Source of the DNA: Ophelia neglecta
Taxonomy: Eukaryota
Direction: 5' to 3'
DNA: 64,000 bases
NCBI GenBank assembly: GCA_965285935.1
Contig: OZ260661.1
Span: 20,646,001-20,710,000, forward strand
Numbering within the stretch: the stretch's first letter is position 1; the number at the start of each line of letters is the position of its first letter. Shown here in pieces: positions 37,687-48,979 of this stretch. A program made the position numbers and the translations under genes. The notes below the pieces were generated by a model. It searched no databases and was not told the DNA's origin. It saw nothing but the letters and a program-made list of their open reading frames with translations.

Positions 37687-39356
37687 CAGAGGCAAGGGAA
37701 GGGAAATCAAAGTGTGTGTGTGGGGGGGGGGGGAACCAAATTTACATCAGCGGCATAAGGGACGAAATCAAGATTGGAGGGTGGGGGTCGGGAATGCTAA
37801 TTAAGGTTTAAGATATACTCCAATATAAAAACGATAATACACGAAATATTGAGGAAATCATGTGAAATAATTAACACATATTGTACTAAAGAACAATTTC
37901 TATTGGAAATACTTATACAATGGGTATTACAGACTTAGAAATCACTAATGCTTTGTACTGGAGAACATTATATTTGAGGGAAAAAAACATGAGCAAACAT
38001 GGGTATAGGTACCCCAGCCAGGACTAGATCTATACACAGAATATGAGTAATGTGTAATTACCAATGCTACACCAAAGACCATTACATAAAGTCATACTGT
38101 ATGAAGGATTATACTGGAAATCATATATATTGAGCTTAATAAAGAAAGTTATGTGAATCACTCAACAATTTACTGAAAAGTACATAAAGATTTTGTGAAC
38201 ACCATTAAAAATCAAACATTTAACATAAAAAAAATGACTTGCATACATTATATTGCAATGAAGAACCCTGTACTGAAAGTCACATGTATTAAAGTGAAGA
38301 AAAATGTCAATTACTCATACTATGGGACATACATGCTCGAATACCGCTCTGGCCATGAGAAAGTTGTGTGAAATAGGCCTACTTGTACTGTATAAAAGAA
38401 TTACTGTATCTAAGAATTTTTTTGCATCAGACTAAGAACTGTCCAAAGTACCTGAGCCGTTCATCTTAGCCACTAACAAACAACTGTCCACTCTCAAACA
38501 GACTTAACCTGTCGGTTCTCTCTTTCATAGCATGACAAATCAAAACATTGTATATTCTCTGTTGTGTCATGGTACTCCTCAAACAGTTCTTTATTCTTTT
38601 AAGTATTGAGTTTGTCCTTTCAGATGTTGCTGATGTTGCAGGCATAGTGAGATAAAGTTTAATCAGTGTGTCAACTTCATTGAGAAGTGTCTTGATTGGT
38701 GGGGTGCCTACAAGAACCTGACATATTGTTGATATGCTTGTGATTTGACCTTCTTTCATTTTTTCATCTTGTTTCATTGCATTAAGAAGCATTTTCAGTT
38801 GTAGTTCTAGAAGACTGAAGTCAAGATCATTCTTGTACAGATCTTTTAGGGAATCGGAGATCTGAACTTCCTCTCTGTTGGCTGATTTGAGCAGCAGTTG
38901 TTCAACTTCTTGTAAGATTGCCAAGGTTGGCTGATCAAACCGCCTTTGCAACTCGCCAATGAGCACATCAATGGCTTCAAAATACTGAACTTTGAAATAT
39001 TGCTTTGCTGTTTCAAAGCGAGATGGGTCTGCGCCATCATCAAATCTTTTTGGTGCTCTTTTATATCTTGGCAAAGCAGGTTCATCAGTTTTCTCCTTAG
39101 ATTCAGTATGGACTGTGTCATAAAATCTGTTAAAATCAGTATCTGTGTAAATAACCTGCCCATGCACGGTTAACTATGATTATGGTCAATCCAACTGAGG
39201 ACAGACGCTTCTGACCACTGCTGCATTACACCATTTTGAGAGGGCAAAAAGTGAGAGGGTCATCATTAAAAAGTGGAAGGGGGGGGGCAAAAAATATGAT
39301 GCCCCCCACTTAAAAAAGTGGGGGGGCATCATATTTTTTGGCTTCCTACGCCACTG
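37687..39356 (-). mobile_element. Internally deleted hAT transposon
   Basis: Clear TIR CAGTGGCGTAGGAAG at 39342-39356 (minus strand) and a degenerate CAGAGGCAAGGGAAG at 37687. The flanks join up in the paralogous empty site at about 40070-40105. Confidence 0.65.
38466..39167 (-). pseudogene. hAT transposase C-terminal fragment (ZMYM1-like, hAT dimerisation domain)
   Basis: YFEAID…LQRRF and LYLTMPATSATSERTNSILKRIKNCLRSTMTQQR motifs. The N-terminal catalytic region is absent. Confidence 0.85.
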
Positions 39357-39507
39357 AATAGCTCAACTGCTCTATAACGAAGGGGCCTATACAATTTTGT
39401 CATAGAATATTTCATTTGTCTAAATCCTATCGTAACAAATAATTACTAATTTGTTATACATATATTTACTTTTCATTCATTCGTTACGACTAAAAAAAAG
39501 TGGTGTT

Positions 39508-39596
39508 TCCCGCGAACCGGAGTCGAACCAGTGACCTAGAGATTTCAGACAGTTTACCACTACAGTCTCCCGCTCTACCAACTGAGCTATCACGGG
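39508..39596 (-). tRNA. tRNA-Tyr-GTA: tRNA-Tyr(GTA), 16-nt intron, intact
   Basis: Perfect consensus exons, with a long T-run downstream. Confidence 0.93.
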
Positions 39597-40226
39597 TACA
39601 CACTTCTTTTGCAGGAATATTTTATTACTGTATATCATTAACGACACCACTGATCATCATTTATTAGTTCAGGTGAGCAGATGTATGTACATTTGACCAC
39701 CTCCATTTGTGCAGCGGGCCGGCGTGTATAGACCTGTCTGTTGACATGCACGGTGGGGGTACGGAGGTGAGAGGTAGAGGGAGGCGGGGCCTTAGGTTCA
39801 ACATGCCCCCAGAGCCTCTCAGTTTGGGCACGGCAGGCTAATTGTTAGAAATCTGGAATAACATGAACGGGGAATCGAAATGAATCCCATTTAACCTCGC
39901 TCCCTCGCCGCTTGTCCCCGGCAGGCGTCTCATTTGTGATTATGTTAAAACAACATCACCATTGATCACCATTTAATAATACAGTTATCGGTGATTCGGG
40001 ATTTGCCCATTTTTTAAACAGGGTACTGAGAAGGGGGACACCCCTAACCTCCCAAGAGTCTTGAAGGCGATCACACGTTTGCGAATAGCTGAAATGCGCT
40101 ATAACGGATATACAATTTTTTCTCAGAATATTTCATTTGACTATATCCTATCGAAACACAACAGTACAAATTTCTTATACATATATTTACTTTCATTTAT
40201 TCGTTACGATTACGAAAAATGATGTT

Positions 40227-40315
40227 TCCAGCGAACCGGAGTCGAACTAGTGACCTAGAGATTCCAGACAGTTTACCACTACAGTCTCCCGCTCTACCAA
40301 CTGAGCTATCACGGG
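40227..40315 (-). tRNA. tRNA-Tyr-GTA: tRNA-Tyr(GTA) with acceptor- and T-stem mismatches (possible pseudogene)
   Basis: TCGCTGGA and ACTAGTTCGA variants. Confidence 0.7.
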
Positions 40316-41037
40316 TACACGTTACTGCTGGCGAATATTTCATTACTTTATATCATTAATAATTTTGTCAAACAACGCCACCACTGAACAGCGTTTAATA
40401 GTTCAGGTGAGCAGTTGTATATATATTTAACAACCTCCAGGTGTGCCGCGGGCCAGAGTTTATAGACCGCTTTGTTGACAGGCAGCGGGTAGGGACCAGG
40501 TTTTGTGGGGGCACGGAGGTGAGAAGTAGAGGGCGACGGGAGCTTTGTTTCAACATGCCCCCAGAGCCTCTCAGTTTGGGCACGGCAGGCTAATTGTATG
40601 AATCTGGGGTAACATGAACGGGGAATTATAATGAATAGATATTCATTATACGATTATAAACTAAATAATGATTTTTGAGAAATAATCAAATAATCAGATT
40701 TATTTTATCATCATCAGATTTTTTTGATTTAAATCAGATTTTTTGGGGGGTTTATGCAGGGTTTTAATATCAGATTAACAAAACCTACAAATCACTTTAA
40801 TATATAAATAAACATTTTGTTATCTTGCACCGGGTGTTACATAATTATTCTCAGTCTCCCTCCCGCCTTTGTAGTGTTAGCAATTAAGCAGGTGAGAAGA
40901 GTCAGACTTTGTCATAACCAGGATCTGTGGATCTATGTTTGTGTGTGTGTGTGTGGGGGGGGGGGGGGGTGTACCGTAATACCTTATCCGATTTTCAGAT
41001 ATTTATTTACCTTTATTCTGATTATAAAAAGGGTGTT

Positions 41038-41126
41038 TCCCGCGAACCGGAGTCGAACCAGTGACCTAGAGATATCAGTAAGTTTACCACTACAGTCTCC
41101 CGCTCTACCAACTGAGCTATCACGGG
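41038..41126 (-). tRNA. tRNA-Tyr-GTA: tRNA-Tyr(GTA), 16-nt intron, intact
   Basis: Perfect consensus exons, with T5 downstream. Confidence 0.93.
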
Positions 41127-41444
41127 TACACACTATGCAAGCAGGATATTCCATTCTCTATATAATCAATGTTTATTGTCGATCAACGGCCACTATTCAT
41201 TAGTTCAGGTGGGCAGTTGTATATATAATTAATTCACTACAGACACCTCCATGTGTGTTGGCGGTATATGTATGTATATATGTGGTGACAGGCAGCTACT
41301 TTTGGGTTGTTTTTATTTTACCAAACTATACATTCACTGACAACGGACGATTTGTGCGGAAGGGGGAGGCGGTTGTTACTTACATTGGCGTTTCCCTTTT
41401 CTTTAAATCAGCAATTGGTATATTCGTCGATTAAAAAAACTGTT

Positions 41445-41522
41445 TCCCGCCAACCAGTGACCTAGAGATATCAGCCAGTCTACCACAACAGTCTCGAGCC
41501 GTACCAACTGAGCTATCATGGG
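41445..41522 (-). pseudogene. tRNA-Tyr pseudogene (11-nt T-arm deletion, GTT anticodon)
   Basis: 78 nt; carries the same lesions as 44814-44891. Confidence 0.85.
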
Positions 41523-42369
41523 TACACACAAAACTAATAGGAATATTTCATTTTTCTATATACCTAACAATGTCGCCATTTATTAGTTTCAGGTTTACAT
41601 ACATGTAGTTGATCACCTGCATGTATGCTGCGGTGCAGTGAATATACAGCATCTGGTACATTTAGCGCCTGGGGAGTGCCTATTAGGACTCTGATGAACT
41701 ATTTCAGCTATTGTTAAACCTCAAAAGAGCTATAAGAATCATTATATCCGTCCGTCTACTGTTGGGAACATACGTTTCTCAAAATTAAATTTTATTTGAT
41801 TAGTATATATGTACACGGAATTGTCATGTTCTTTGGTCAGGTTTACAATGGGGCTCTACCAGGAGTAGTGAAAACATATTTCTCCCCCTTCCCCCACCGC
41901 CCTTCCCTGCCCCCCGGCCGCTTCCAAGCTGATGCCGGCCAGACCTCTCCCCCTGTACCGAAAGCAATTAGGCCTACTATCAGAGAGACAACCTCCCCCC
42001 CCCCCCCCGTCAAACCTTCTTTTGTCTATGTGCACAGTGACTCGTGTGTTTATTTTTTTTTGTTCTTTCTTATATTTCTTGCCTGCACAATAATTTTGTA
42101 ACATGCACTTCAGGGCGTCCAGAAACAACAGCTTCATCAGCTACCTCTGGCGTCCTTGGCAATGCAATCTATTTACAAAATCGTCTGTTATATGTACCAA
42201 GTGTTATGCCGAATAAAACGAATGAATGAATGAATGAAACCTTATGCAAAGTTTCCACAAGATTAAATCATCCATTGTCAATTGTCAATGGGCCACTTTG
42301 AGGACACCCATCACATAGGCCTAACCTCCAAGTAAGGCTCTCCGCCCCTCAGGAGGATTATGTTGGTGT

Positions 42370-42541
42370 AACCTGCCTTAAAGACCACCTCTATATTCAG
42401 ACCACCTACCAATTCAGACCACTTATATGAAGACCATAGTATACTCTATCACTGTTAAGTAACCTGTGTAAACAGACCACCTCTATAATCAGACTAGTTT
42501 ATGCCAGTCCCTGCAGTGGTCTTAATTCACAGGTTTCACTG
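42370..42541. mobile_element. Tigger/pogo-type MITE, left end damaged
   Basis: ACCTGCCTTAAAGACCACC…CAGGTTTCACTG|TA. Confidence 0.8.
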
Positions 42542-42626
42542 TAGTAAGAAAGCGGGCTTCCAACGCCCCTCCCCCTCCCTCCGCCATCATACCCACCTCA
42601 TGCAGCACTCGTCGTATTATTAAGTA

Positions 42627-42782
42627 CAGTGAAACCTGTGAATAAAGACCATCCAAAGGACTGGATAATACTGGTCTGATTATAGAGGTGGTCTATTTTC
42701 ACAGGTTATTTTACACTGAAGGTAATGTATTAGTTTCCAGGTGGTCGGATTATAGAGGTGGTCTTTAAGGCAGGTTTCACTG
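42627..42782. mobile_element. Tigger/pogo-type MITE
   Basis: TA|CAGTGAAACCTG…CAGGTTTCACTG|TA. Confidence 0.88.
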
Positions 42783-43468
42783 TATACGGTATAGACCTAG
42801 TCTATTTAGCCTAGCTTATATGGTAATGTTCCCTAGTGGGCGTTTCCCGCCAGCAGACTGCTCAGATCCTGCTCCGATACACGTTTTTAACTTTTTCTAA
42901 TACTGTTTCTGATTGGTTGACGCCCACAACATTCCGGTTTATATCCCTTTCCTCGTGTTAGGGGTTTATATATGGTGTTTTATGTCATTCAAGATGTATG
43001 GTTGAGTGTTACAGGAAGTGCAGGGAAATTTTTCAACATTTCATGACAAACAGGAGAAATGTACGGCTTTGAATATGGAGGTTACATAGAAGAAAATAGA
43101 ATATGCCCTAATGCCAGTTTTTCAAGCAAGGCGGGGTGTGTGTGTGTGGGGGGGGGGGGGGGGCACACTCAGTCTTCAGATAATAGGCACCCTATTGACT
43201 ATGTCCTACTTTTTATGCATTTTCAGCCAAAAACGGGGGGGAGGGGGTGTTGACATTTAGGGAAGGGAGGGGTTGACTGGCTACCCTCCCTCACGAACCC
43301 CCCCCCCCGGGGGGGGGGGAGGGAGTGGTGACATTTCGGGAGGGGAGGGGAGGGAGGTCTGGTATCTTAACCCCAAGAACAGCTCTATGTGCGGCGACAC
43401 CGACCCAGATGTAAGAGCGGACCACTCGCCCCATCTGGGAAATCGTAGATCCGCCCGTTACCGTTATA

Positions 43469-43646
43469 CAGTGAAACCTGCCTTAAAGACCACCTTTATA
43501 TCGAGACCACCTGTCAATTCAGACCACTAATATGAAGACTTTTATATACATTTTCAATGTAAAATACCCTGTGTAAACAGACCACCTTTATCATCAGACC
43601 AGTATTTTCCAGTCCCTTGTGTGGTCTTAATTCACAGGTTTCACTG
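43469..43646. mobile_element. Tigger/pogo-type MITE
   Basis: TA|CAGTGAAACCTG…CAGGTTTCACTG|TA, 178 bp. Confidence 0.9.
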
Positions 43647-44318
43647 TATATGGAGCTCGATATAATACCTAGTAATATCTACAGTTCTTGTCCTACAGAT
43701 AAAATTTGGCCGATGGACTGATTTGGAAATAGCTGTCATGGGCCTAGTATCAAGTTTTAGATGTTAAACAATAACACATGGGCGGTCTAGGGGGCCTGGT
43801 CCCCCCACCCCCCCCTACCAATTTGTTTTAAAACTCTGAACAAGCCCATCTATGTATACGTAACTTCTGTGGCCACCCCCACCCCCCCGCCGCCTTTCAA
43901 TTCCTCCACAAGGAGTGCCCCCCCCCCTGGAAATTCCTGGATCCGCCCCTGTAACATTCCCATGAACTAGCCTTCCCCACAGCAAACCGCCCACACTCGC
44001 CATTAATGCCATATTATATTTGCCCAGAGCTTCATAAGCGCTGCTGTAAAAATGAAAAGGACTTCCATTTGGGGGGAAACAAAGATCTCTAGAATCCTCT
44101 TAAAATGTTTCCCATTTTATCGTTATAGCCAAACTACGTTTATGTACGACGTGGTTAGACAGGACCCAACGAGGGTCTCCGGGGGAGGGGGGGAAGGGTC
44201 TTCCTTTTTATCGGTGGGGAGGTACCGAAGTAGAAAAAAGAAAACCCTATTTGGGGCAAGGACATTAAAATATATTAGGGCTATAGTTAGGGCCCTAGCA
44301 TTAAATTCCTAACCCTAG

Positions 44319-44563
44319 GTTGTTGTTTGGGGTTTTACGTAGCTTTCAACACTTGTCTGGTCATATCGCCACAGTGCCTACTTTAGACAGTGGGCTCAAT
44401 GCCCTCTTTAGAGTGCTGCCTCACTGGAGTACCTGCCGTAGACACCAGACAGGGAACCCCACCCAGTCACATTATACTGACACCGGGGTGACCAGTCCTG
44501 ATACCTACCCCCGAAATACCGGGCGCCTAGCAGGGGAGCTATCAGTATCTATTTTTACGTTTT
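44319..44563 (-). mobile_element. SINE fragment (same family as 10775-11053)
   Basis: High similarity over about 240 bp; 5'-truncated. Confidence 0.78.
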
Positions 44564-44813
44564 GGCTACACTTTTGAAAGATTTCATATCAATTATTTTT
44601 ACAGGAGAAATTCATTTTCATTTTACGCATGTGGTATATTTTATATGCCCGGGTATAAAACTTTCCATGTGCTTAATGTACTAGATGCTGTATATTCACT
44701 GCACCGCGGCATACATGCAGGGGTTCAACTGTCTGTATGTAAACCTGAACTAATAAATGGCGACATGGTTAGGTATATAGAAAAATGAAATATTCCAATT
44801 AGTTTTGTAGGTA

Positions 44814-44891
44814 CCCGTGGCAGCTCAGTTGGTACGGCTCGAGACTGTTGTGGTAAACTGGCTGATATCTCTAGGTCACTGGTTGGCGGGA
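44814..44891 (+). pseudogene. tRNA-Tyr pseudogene (11-nt T-arm deletion, GTT anticodon)
   Basis: Inverted twin of 41445-41522. Confidence 0.85.
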
Positions 44892-45164
44892 AACAGTTTT
44901 TTAATCCAATATACCAATTGCTGATTTAAAGAAATGGAAACGCCAATGTAAGTAACAACCGCCTCCCCCTTCCGCACAAATCGTCCGTTGTCAGTGAATG
45001 TCCAGTTTGGGAAAATAAAAAGACCCCAAGAGTAGCTGCCTCTCACCATATATATACATGTATATATACCGCCAACACACATGGTGGTGTCGGTGGTCAA
45101 TTAATTATAAATATATACATCAACCCATCGAAACTAATCAATAATATCCGGCATATAGCGTGTA

Positions 45165-45253
45165 CCCGTGAGAGCTCAGTTGGTAGAGCGGGAGACTGTA
45201 GTGGTAAACTGTCTGATATCTCTAGGTCACTGGTTCGACTCCGGTTCGCGGGA
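45165..45253 (+). tRNA. tRNA-Tyr-GTA: tRNA-Tyr(GTA), U8>G variant
   Basis: Consensus except CCCGTGAGAGC. Confidence 0.8.
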
Positions 45254-45781
45254 AACGCATATTTTATAGTCTGAACAAATGAAATAAAGGTGAATAATTT
45301 GTTTCAAAAACAACTAATAAAGTAATTTTTACATACAATCGAGACCTTATCAAGCCCTAGGTTAAAAAGTGTTTCAGTTAAGACGGCTGGGCGATGTAGA
45401 ATGGGTTTATCAGGAAAAATGACAATAGTATGTAAAAAGGAGTGACCTGTTGTAGTGTCCAAGCCGATGTATTTTAAGCTATTTAGTAGACAAAATGATT
45501 GCCAATGAACAAAATTAATCGAAAGTGCCCTAGTCGCCTTACAAACCATCATAGGTTGGTTATCGTTGACATAACCAAATAAAACTAGTCAATTATATGT
45601 TTCCAGGTTTCTACCTAAATAATGTTCGATTTATATAGGCTTGTTTTGCTTAGTGTTTCGTCTTGGTATACTGACCTAAAAGTGTGGTGAATAACCAAAT
45701 AAAGTAACATTCCCATGCAATGGTTCCATATATGGACTTTCTTACATGTACCAAGCCGGATAGGTTCCTTGCGGTAGGCAG

Positions 45782-45870
45782 CCCGTGATAGCTCAGTTGG
45801 TAGAGCGGGAGACTGTAGTGGTAAACTAACTGAAATCTCTAGGTCACTGGTTCGACTCCGGTTCGCGGGA
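45782..45870 (+). tRNA. tRNA-Tyr-GTA: tRNA-Tyr(GTA), 16-nt intron, intact
   Basis: Perfect consensus exons, with T4 downstream. Confidence 0.93.
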
Positions 45871-46030
45871 AGGCTATACTTTTGAAAGATTTCATATCAA
45901 TATTTTCTACAGGAGAAATTCATTTTCATATTACGCATGTGGTTCATTTTCTATGCCCCGGGTATAGGACTTTCTAGGTGCTTAATGCACTAGATGCTGT
46001 ATATTCACTACACCGCGGCATACATGCAGT

Positions 46031-46347
46031 GTTTCAACTGTCTGTATGTAAACCTGAACTGATTCGTAAAATTAGCCTGCATGCCGTGTTCAAACTGAGA
46101 GGCTCTGGGGGCATGTTGATACGAAGCCCCCGCCGCACTCTACCTCTCACCTCCGAGCCACCACCAAACCTGGTCTCTAGTTGCTGCAGGGTTTCAACTG
46201 TCTGTATGTAAACCTGAACTGATTCGTAAAATTAGCCTGCATGCCGTGTTCAAACTGAGAGGCTCTGGGGGCATGTTGATACGAAGCCCCCGCCGCACTC
46301 TACCTCTCACCTCCGAGCCACCACCAATCCTGGTCTCTAGTTGCTGC
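46031..46347 (+). repeat. 160-bp near-perfect tandem duplication
   Basis: GTTTCAACTGTCTGTATG… starts at both 46031 and 46191. Confidence 0.9.
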
Positions 46348-46505
46348 CTGTCAACAAAGCGGTCTATAAACTCCGGCCCGCGGCACACATGGAGGTTGTT
46401 AAATATACATACATCTGCTCACCTGAACTATTAAATGGTGATCAGTGGTGGCTCTGCTTGAAAATAATTATTAAATAATGAAATATTCCTAAACAGTAGC
46501 GTGTA

Positions 46506-46594
46506 CCCGTGATAGCTCAGTTGGTAGAGCGGGAGACTGTAGTGGTAAGCTGACTGATATCTCTAGGTCACTGGTTCGACTCCGGTTCGCGTGA
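46506..46594 (+). tRNA. tRNA-Tyr-GTA: tRNA-Tyr(GTA), acceptor-stem mismatch (G71>T)
   Basis: Ends TCGCGTGA; T-run downstream. Confidence 0.8.
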
Positions 46595-47524
46595 AACATT
46601 TTTTTTATAGTCTGAACAAATGAAATAAATTTAAATAAATATTTGAAAATCGGAATAATGTATTGCGGAATAACGCCCCACCCCATGCCTTCTGACAATT
46701 ACTTTCATGTGCTTATATAAGTAAGCAAATTATTTATTATTGTTACATTTGCATATTACAGTGATAATTCGGGAGGCTGTTGAACCTGACCTCCCCCCAT
46801 ACGAACCCCCACCGTCACAGTTCGTTGTCTGTCTCCACGTGCAGGCCCTTATATATACCTCCCACAGAACGCATTAAGGCGGTCAATTATATATACGTCT
46901 GCTCACCTGTATTATTAAATGGTGATCAATGGTGATGTTGTTTTAACATAAAATAAACGATAAAGTCAAATGAAATACAACATTACATTAGTGTTTACCC
47001 ATGATAACGCATCAATTTTCATATGAAACAGGTCAGATGATAAGCAAACTTAGTTTTGTAAATTTGATGCTGTCTCAGTTATTGTGTCAATAATTGCATA
47101 ATGGATATCTATTTGATAGGCTTCAAATTGTTTGAATGCATTAATTAAACAGTTTTATAGATAAATATACATTTAGACGCCTGCCGGAGTCCAGCGGGGA
47201 GGGAGCGAGGTTAGAGGGGGGTTCTTTCTAACTCCTCGTTCATGTTATTCCAGATTCGTACAATTAGCCTGCCGTGCCCAAGCTGAGAGGCTCTGGGGGC
47301 ATGTTGAACCTAAGCCCCCGCCTCCCTCTACCTCTCACCTCAGTACCCCCACCGTGCATGTCAACAGACAGGTATATAAACTCCGGCCTGCTGCACAAAT
47401 GGAGGTGGTCAAATATATATACATCTACTTACCTGAACTATTAAATGGTGGTCAGTGGTGGCGATGCTTGACCATAATCATTAATGATATAGATTTATAA
47501 AATATTCCTGAACAAAAGTGTGTA

Positions 47525-47613
47525 CCCGTGATAGCTCAGTTGGTAGAGCGGGAGACTGTAGTGGTAAAGTAACTGGAATCTCTAGGTCACTGGTTCGACT
47601 CCGGTTCGCGGGA
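47525..47613 (+). tRNA. tRNA-Tyr-GTA: tRNA-Tyr(GTA), 16-nt intron, intact
   Basis: Perfect consensus exons, with T4 downstream. Confidence 0.93.
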
Positions 47614-47801
47614 CACAATATTTTGTAGTCGTAACGAATAAATGGATGAATGTTAATATTTGTATAAGACATTAGTAATTATGTGTTACGGTGGGATATA
47701 GTCAAATGAAATATTCTATAAAAAAGTGTATATATCCCTTATAGCGCCGTGGAGCTTTAAGACAACTTGCGACCGCCTTCCAGACTGTTGGAAGGCATAT
47801 A

Positions 47802-47984
47802 CAGTGAAACCTGCCTTAAAGACCACCTCCATATTCAGACCACCTGCCAATTCAGACCACTAGTATGAAGACCATACTGCATACTTTCAATATAAATTAA
47901 CCTGTCTAAACAGACCACCTCTATAATCAGACCAGTATATTCCAGTCCCTTGGGTGGTCTCAATTCACAGGTTTCACGCTACTG
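47802..47984. mobile_element. Tigger/pogo-type MITE
   Basis: TA|CAGTGAAACCTG…CAGGTTTCAC(gctac)TG|TA. Confidence 0.85.
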
Positions 47985-48171
47985 TAGATATGTGACCGAG
48001 TTGTGGTAGGTTCTGGCCAATGGCCGCCACCCAAAGCTTCCATAAAGCGCCGCCGGCAAAAGAGAATCTTGACATTAGCAACAATGGAAAAATTACATAA
48101 TTATGAAAACTTACATTGTGGATAATTATTGCAATTGAATATCTCAAATAAAGTTTAAGCAAACTTCTATA

Positions 48172-48348
48172 CAGTGATACCTGCCTTAAAGGCCACCTCT
48201 ATAATCAGACCACCTGTCAATTCAGACCACTAATATGATGACCATGTTGTATACTTTCATTGCTGAATAACCTGTCTAAACAGACCCCCCCAAAATCAGA
48301 CCAGCATTTTCCATTCCCTTCGATGGTCTTAATTCACAGGTTTCACTG
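48172..48348. mobile_element. Tigger/pogo-type MITE
   Basis: TA|CAGTGATACCTG…CAGGTTTCACTG|TA. Confidence 0.87.
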
Positions 48349-48842
48349 TACTTTGTTATAGGGCAATTTATGTATCAACACATAGGTTTAAAAGATTTAA
48401 ACGTATGCATACTATAACATGTATGTTCACCCTATGATACAAACAAACTTACGTTGTACACTCTTATATGGCGAAAAGATATTTGAGGGCAGTGTTTTTA
48501 GCCACAGAAACTTTTCATAACTGTAATTTAACTGTAACTGTAATAATAACTAAGTAATTTACATAACTGCCAGGTAGTGTGAATGTTGAACTCGACTGGG
48601 ACAAAACATTTATTGTAAACCTGACAAAAACCAACAGGAAAATTTCGTATATATATACAAAAAAATCAAGTTTAATTTTGAGAAATGTGGAGGCGTATGT
48701 TGCCAACAGTAGACGGGTATAATGATTCTTATAGCTCTTCTGAAGTTTAACAATAGCTGAAATAGTATATCCAATTCCTAATAGGCCCTCCCCAGGTGCT
48801 ATGTGTACAAGGTGCTGTACATTCACTGCGCCACGGCATGCA

Positions 48843-48859
48843 CCCGTGATAGCTCAGTT
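48843..48859 (+). pseudogene. tRNA-Tyr 5' fragment (nt 1-17)
   Basis: CCCGTGATAGCTCAGTT is fused to sequence homologous to 51387-51493, which lies downstream of the 51164 tRNA. This is consistent with a deletion. Confidence 0.65.
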
Positions 48860-48979
48860 TTATCGTCGGACATTAGACACCTGGGCGATGTCTATCAAAT
48901 TATGGAAATTGTACCATGCAATGCTACATGCAGACCTTTGCTGGTTGGCAGGCGAATTGTCGGTTCGTCTTATATACAT

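Noticed and set aside
41445-44891. Tyr-to-Asn anticodon shift (GTT)
   Set aside because: Both copies lack 11 nt of the T-arm/B-box and have broken stems; they are pseudogenes.
18773-47672. Recurrent short ORFs such as MIAQLVERETVVV and PANRSRTSDLEISV
   Set aside because: They are translations of the tRNA-Tyr genes, not proteins.
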